NCBI GenBank assembly: GCA_039648845.1
Contig: JBBWZE010000244.1
Location: 1 to 42,873, forward strand
Length of the DNA: 42,873 bases
Direction of reading: 5' to 3'
Origin: Actinomycetota bacterium
Lineage (GTDB): Bacteria > Actinomycetota > Thermoleophilia > Gaiellales > Gaiellaceae
Below are positions 40,505 to 42,873 of this stretch, piece after piece. The notes beneath the pieces are model-generated. The model was not told the origin of the DNA. It was given only the letters and a program-made list of their open reading frames with translations, and did no database searches. Each line of letters starts with the position of its first letter. The first letter of the stretch is position 1. Made by a program: the position numbers and the translations under genes.

Positions 40505-42873
40505 CGACTCTCTACGCTCACGAGCTTACGCGTCTCCTCCGGTTTCTGGAGCAGGTCCCAGACACCCTCGTAGGGATTGCAGCTGCGCCAGACGATCGGC
40601 CCTTCGCCCCGGCGGCCGAGTGCGTTCTGCAGTGCCGCGCAGACGGCGTGGATCCCTGCGCCGCCGCCCTCCCCCATGCCCTTCGCGCCGAGCGGCGTGA
40701 ACGGCGACTCCGACTCGATGAAGCCGTTCTTCATCGGCGGCATGTCGAGCGCGTGTGGGACGTGGTAGTCGTAGAAATTGGGAGTGAGCAGGTTGCCTTC
40801 CTCGTCGTAGGTGAAGATCTCGTGGGTCGCCGCGCCGAGCGCCTGTGCGGTCGCGCCGTGAACCTGCCCTTCGACGATCTGTGGATGAATGCGGTTGCCG
40901 CAGTCGTCCACTGCAGCGTAATCGACGATTTCGTACACGCCGGTCTCCGGGTCGATCTCGAGCGCACAGGCGTGGATCTGCGTGGCGTAGGTCAACGTCA
41001 GGTTGCCGAATTTGCGCTCGAGGTCGGGCTTCTCGAACGGCGGCCTGTAGACATACCGCACGTTCAGCGTCACGTCGAGATCGGGCGGCAACCCGGCGTT
41101 GTTCGCGTTGAGAATCGCACCGAGGGCCATGAACGGCAGCGCGGCTTCCGGATTGCCCTTGATCCGGGCCTGGCTCTCGACGAGCTCGATGTCGTCCGGC
41201 GAGCAGCCGAAGACGGCGGCAGCGAGCTGCTTCATCTCCCCCGCGAGCTTGTCCGCCGCACCCTTGACGGCGCCCAGTCCGGTGACGGCGAACTGCGACG
41301 CGTACGTTCCCGAGAACCCGGCCGTCGAGTTCCAGTACGTGTCGTGGCCGGCGCGGACGTTCACGTCGTCGGGCGTGCAGCCGAGGATCTCCGCGACGAC
41401 CTGGGCGGAGGTCGTCTCGTGTCCCTGCCCTTGAGGGACCGTGCCGAGAGTAACCACGATCTCGCCGAAGATGTCGAGCTTCACGGTCGCGACCTCGTTG
41501 TTCCCGGAGAACTGGAGTTCCGGGTTGAGGATCATCGACTGCCCGAAGTTGTTCGTCCCGGAGTCGAGCGTCGAGCCGATCCCGATGCCGAACAGCTTGC
41601 CGCGCGACTCGGCGTCGCGACGTTTCTCCTCGAGCGAGTCGTAGCCGATCAGATCGAGGGCGATGTCGAGGCAGCGGGCATAATCGCCGGAGTCGTAGAC
41701 ACAGCCGTTCGGCGTTTCGTAGGGGAACTCGTCGTGCCTGACGTAGTTCTTCTTGCGCATATCGATCGGGTCGAGCCCGAGCTCGCCCGCCACGATGTCG
41801 ATGATCCGCTCCGTCAGCCAGAGGTGCTGCATGCGCGAGTAACCCCGGTTGGGCGCCACGGGTGACTTGTTCGTGCAAACCTGCGTGAAGTCGACGCGGA
41901 CGTTGCGCCAGCGGTAGCAGCCCGGCGTCACCTGCGCCCAGATGATGCAGCCGAGCGGCTCGTAGCGCGGGAACGCCCCGCAGTCGTCGATCGCGCGGAC
42001 GGAGAAGCCGAGCATCGTGCCGTCCGCCTTCACCGGGACTGTGACGTCGAGAAAGGTTCGCTCGTTCCCGTGCGTGTTCGCCGTGTGCTGGTCGGTCCGC
42101 CACTCGGTCCATTGCACCGGCCGGTTGAGCTTGCGGGCGAGGAGACAGCACGCGGTGTACTGAGGATGCAGCGTGATCTTGTTGCCGAAGCCGCCGCCGA
42201 TGTCCTGGCTCACGAACCGCAGCTTGTCGATGCCGACACGCAGTGCGGGCGCCATCCAGATCGCACCCACGCCGGGCATCTGGTGGTTTCCGTGGATCGT
42301 CCACTGGCCGGTGCCGCGGTTGAACTCGACGAGGCAGCCGGAGCACTCGAGCGGCGTCGACGAGAACCGGTCGAAGTGCAGGCGCTCGATGCGGACAACA
42401 TGATCGGCGTCTGCCAGCGCGGCGTCGAAGTCGCCCCAGTCGAACACGCCGGACCACACGGTGTTCGATCCGGCGTCCTCGTGCAGCACGACCTCGTCTT
42501 TCAGCGACTCCTCGCCGTCGAGAACATGCAGGAGCGGGTCGTAGTCGACCTCGACGAGCTCGGCGGCGTCGCGTGCGAGCTCGCGTGTACGTGCGACGAC
42601 CGCCGCGACGGGATCGCCGACGTGGCGCACGCGGCCGACCGCGAGCGCATAGTCCTTGATGTTCGCCCCCGGCGGCGTCGAGAGCTCGAAGAACGGGTCA
42701 GAGAGGATCGCGACCTCGTCACCCGTCAGCGTCCCGTAGACGCCGTCCAGCTCGAGAGCCCTCGAGACGTCGACCGACTTGATCCGCGCGTGGGCGTACG
42801 GCGAGCGTACGAAGTGGACATAGCCCATCTCGTGGCGCTTGACGTCGTCGAAGAACACGCCCTCGCCCTGGAC
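40501..42873 (-). CDS. Molybdopterin-binding large subunit of a xanthine dehydrogenase/CoxL-family Mo-hydroxylase (5' end outside the window)
   Basis: 'SQDIGGGFGNK' and 'FVRSPYAHARI'. The active-site-loop region reads 'TNKSPVAPNRGYSRMQ'. The frame stays open to the window edge (...VQGEG-VFFDDV...), so the N-terminus is truncated. Confidence 0.85.
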   Translation of the reverse strand, partial: VQGEGVFFDDVKRHEMGYVHFVRSPYAHARIKSVDVSRALELDGVYGTLTGDEVAILSDPFFELSTPPGANIKDYALAVGRVRHVGDPVAAVVARTRELARDAAELVEVDYDPLLHVLDGEESLKDEVVLHEDAGSNTVWSGVFDWGDFDAALADADHVVRIERLHFDRFSSTPLECSGCLVEFNRGTGQWTIHGNHQMPGVGAIWMAPALRVGIDKLRFVSQDIGGGFGNKITLHPQYTACCLLARKLNRPVQWTEWRTDQHTANTHGNERTFLDVTVPVKADGTMLGFSVRAIDDCGAFPRYEPLGCIIWAQVTPGCYRWRNVRVDFTQVCTNKSPVAPNRGYSRMQHLWLTERIIDIVAGELGLDPIDMRKKNYVRHDEFPYETPNGCVYDSGDYARCLDIALDLIGYDSLEEKRRDAESRGKLFGIGIGSTLDSGTNNFGQSMILNPELQFSGNNEVATVKLDIFGEIVVTLGTVPQGQGHETTSAQVVAEILGCTPDDVNVRAGHDTYWNSTAGFSGTYASQFAVTGLGAVKGAADKLAGEMKQLAAAVFGCSPDDIELVESQARIKGNPEAALPFMALGAILNANNAGLPPDLDVTLNVRYVYRPPFEKPDLERKFGNLTLTYATQIHACALEIDPETGVYEIVDYAAVDDCGNRIHPQIVEGQVHGATAQALGAATHEIFTYDEEGNLLTPNFYDYHVPHALDMPPMKNGFIESESPFTPLGAKGMGEGGGAGIHAVCAALQNALGRRGEGPIVWRSCNPYEGVWDLLQKPEETRKLVSVESR

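Noticed and set aside
35597-42457. Other very long shadow ORFs: 35597-36994 +, 37528-38763 +, 40526-42457 -, 40648-41865 +, and likewise 5881-7317 -, 16596-17534 - and 29596-30765 +.
   Set aside because: Each lies antisense to, or out of frame with, a gene that has clear family motifs. Their low-complexity R/G/P/A-rich translations mark them as high-GC artefacts.
40501-42873. Calling the large subunit a carbon monoxide dehydrogenase (coxL) because of the adjacent coxG.
   Set aside because: The active-site loop is PNRGYSR. It matches neither VAYRCSFR (form I) nor AYRGAGR (form II). No coxD/E/F genes follow.
1-42873. CRISPR arrays, tandem or interspersed repeats, IS elements, toxin-antitoxin pairs and known defence-system genes.
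   Set aside because: No regularly spaced direct repeats, no transposase or Cas-like ORFs, and no nuclease/helicase/methylase combinations were seen. The only repeated units are diverged paralogous genes: M32 x2, PanE x2, M24 x2, UPF0104 x2 and Bcp-like x2.

Overview
High-GC (by eye about 65-68%) chromosomal window, most consistent with a monoderm Actinomycetota genome: a HemQ/ChdC coproheme decarboxylase, an F420-type LLM oxidoreductase, many GTG/TTG starts and pervasive NTGA start/stop overlaps. I found no rRNA, CRISPR array, transposase, integrase or phage genes.

The window has two parts.

(A) 1-17.5 kb has mixed strands. It carries housekeeping genes (uvrC, hemQ, bcp, tRNA-Leu(CAG)), small membrane proteins, and a striking set of secreted hydrolases and oxidases:
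- a clan GH-A-like glycosidase
- an NlpC/P60 peptidase
- an S1 trypsin-like protease
- an S8 subtilase
- a PHM/DBH-like copper monooxygenase fused to a cupredoxin

(B) 17.5-42.9 kb is one uninterrupted array of 24 genes on the minus strand, and 16 of its 23 junctions overlap. In transcription order it holds:
- a Mo-hydroxylase large subunit, CoxG, a tiny acidic protein and a classical AAA ATPase
- an LLM oxidoreductase and an SBP56 selenium-binding/methanethiol-oxidase homologue
- M20, FAH, M24, HMGL-like, CrtI-like and TIM-barrel enzymes
- a LivJGFHM-type ABC importer
- two tandem M32 carboxypeptidases, two tandem PanE-like reductases and an M24 peptidase

The most system-like novelty candidate is at 1100-2619. 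An XRE-HTH/TPR regulator is followed 23 nt downstream by a strongly SD-driven 53-codon ORF encoding a signal-peptide-bearing propeptide. This is the receptor/propeptide layout of RRNPP quorum sensing, which is described essentially in Bacillota and their phages.

All functional calls come from motif recognition by eye. No database searches were run.
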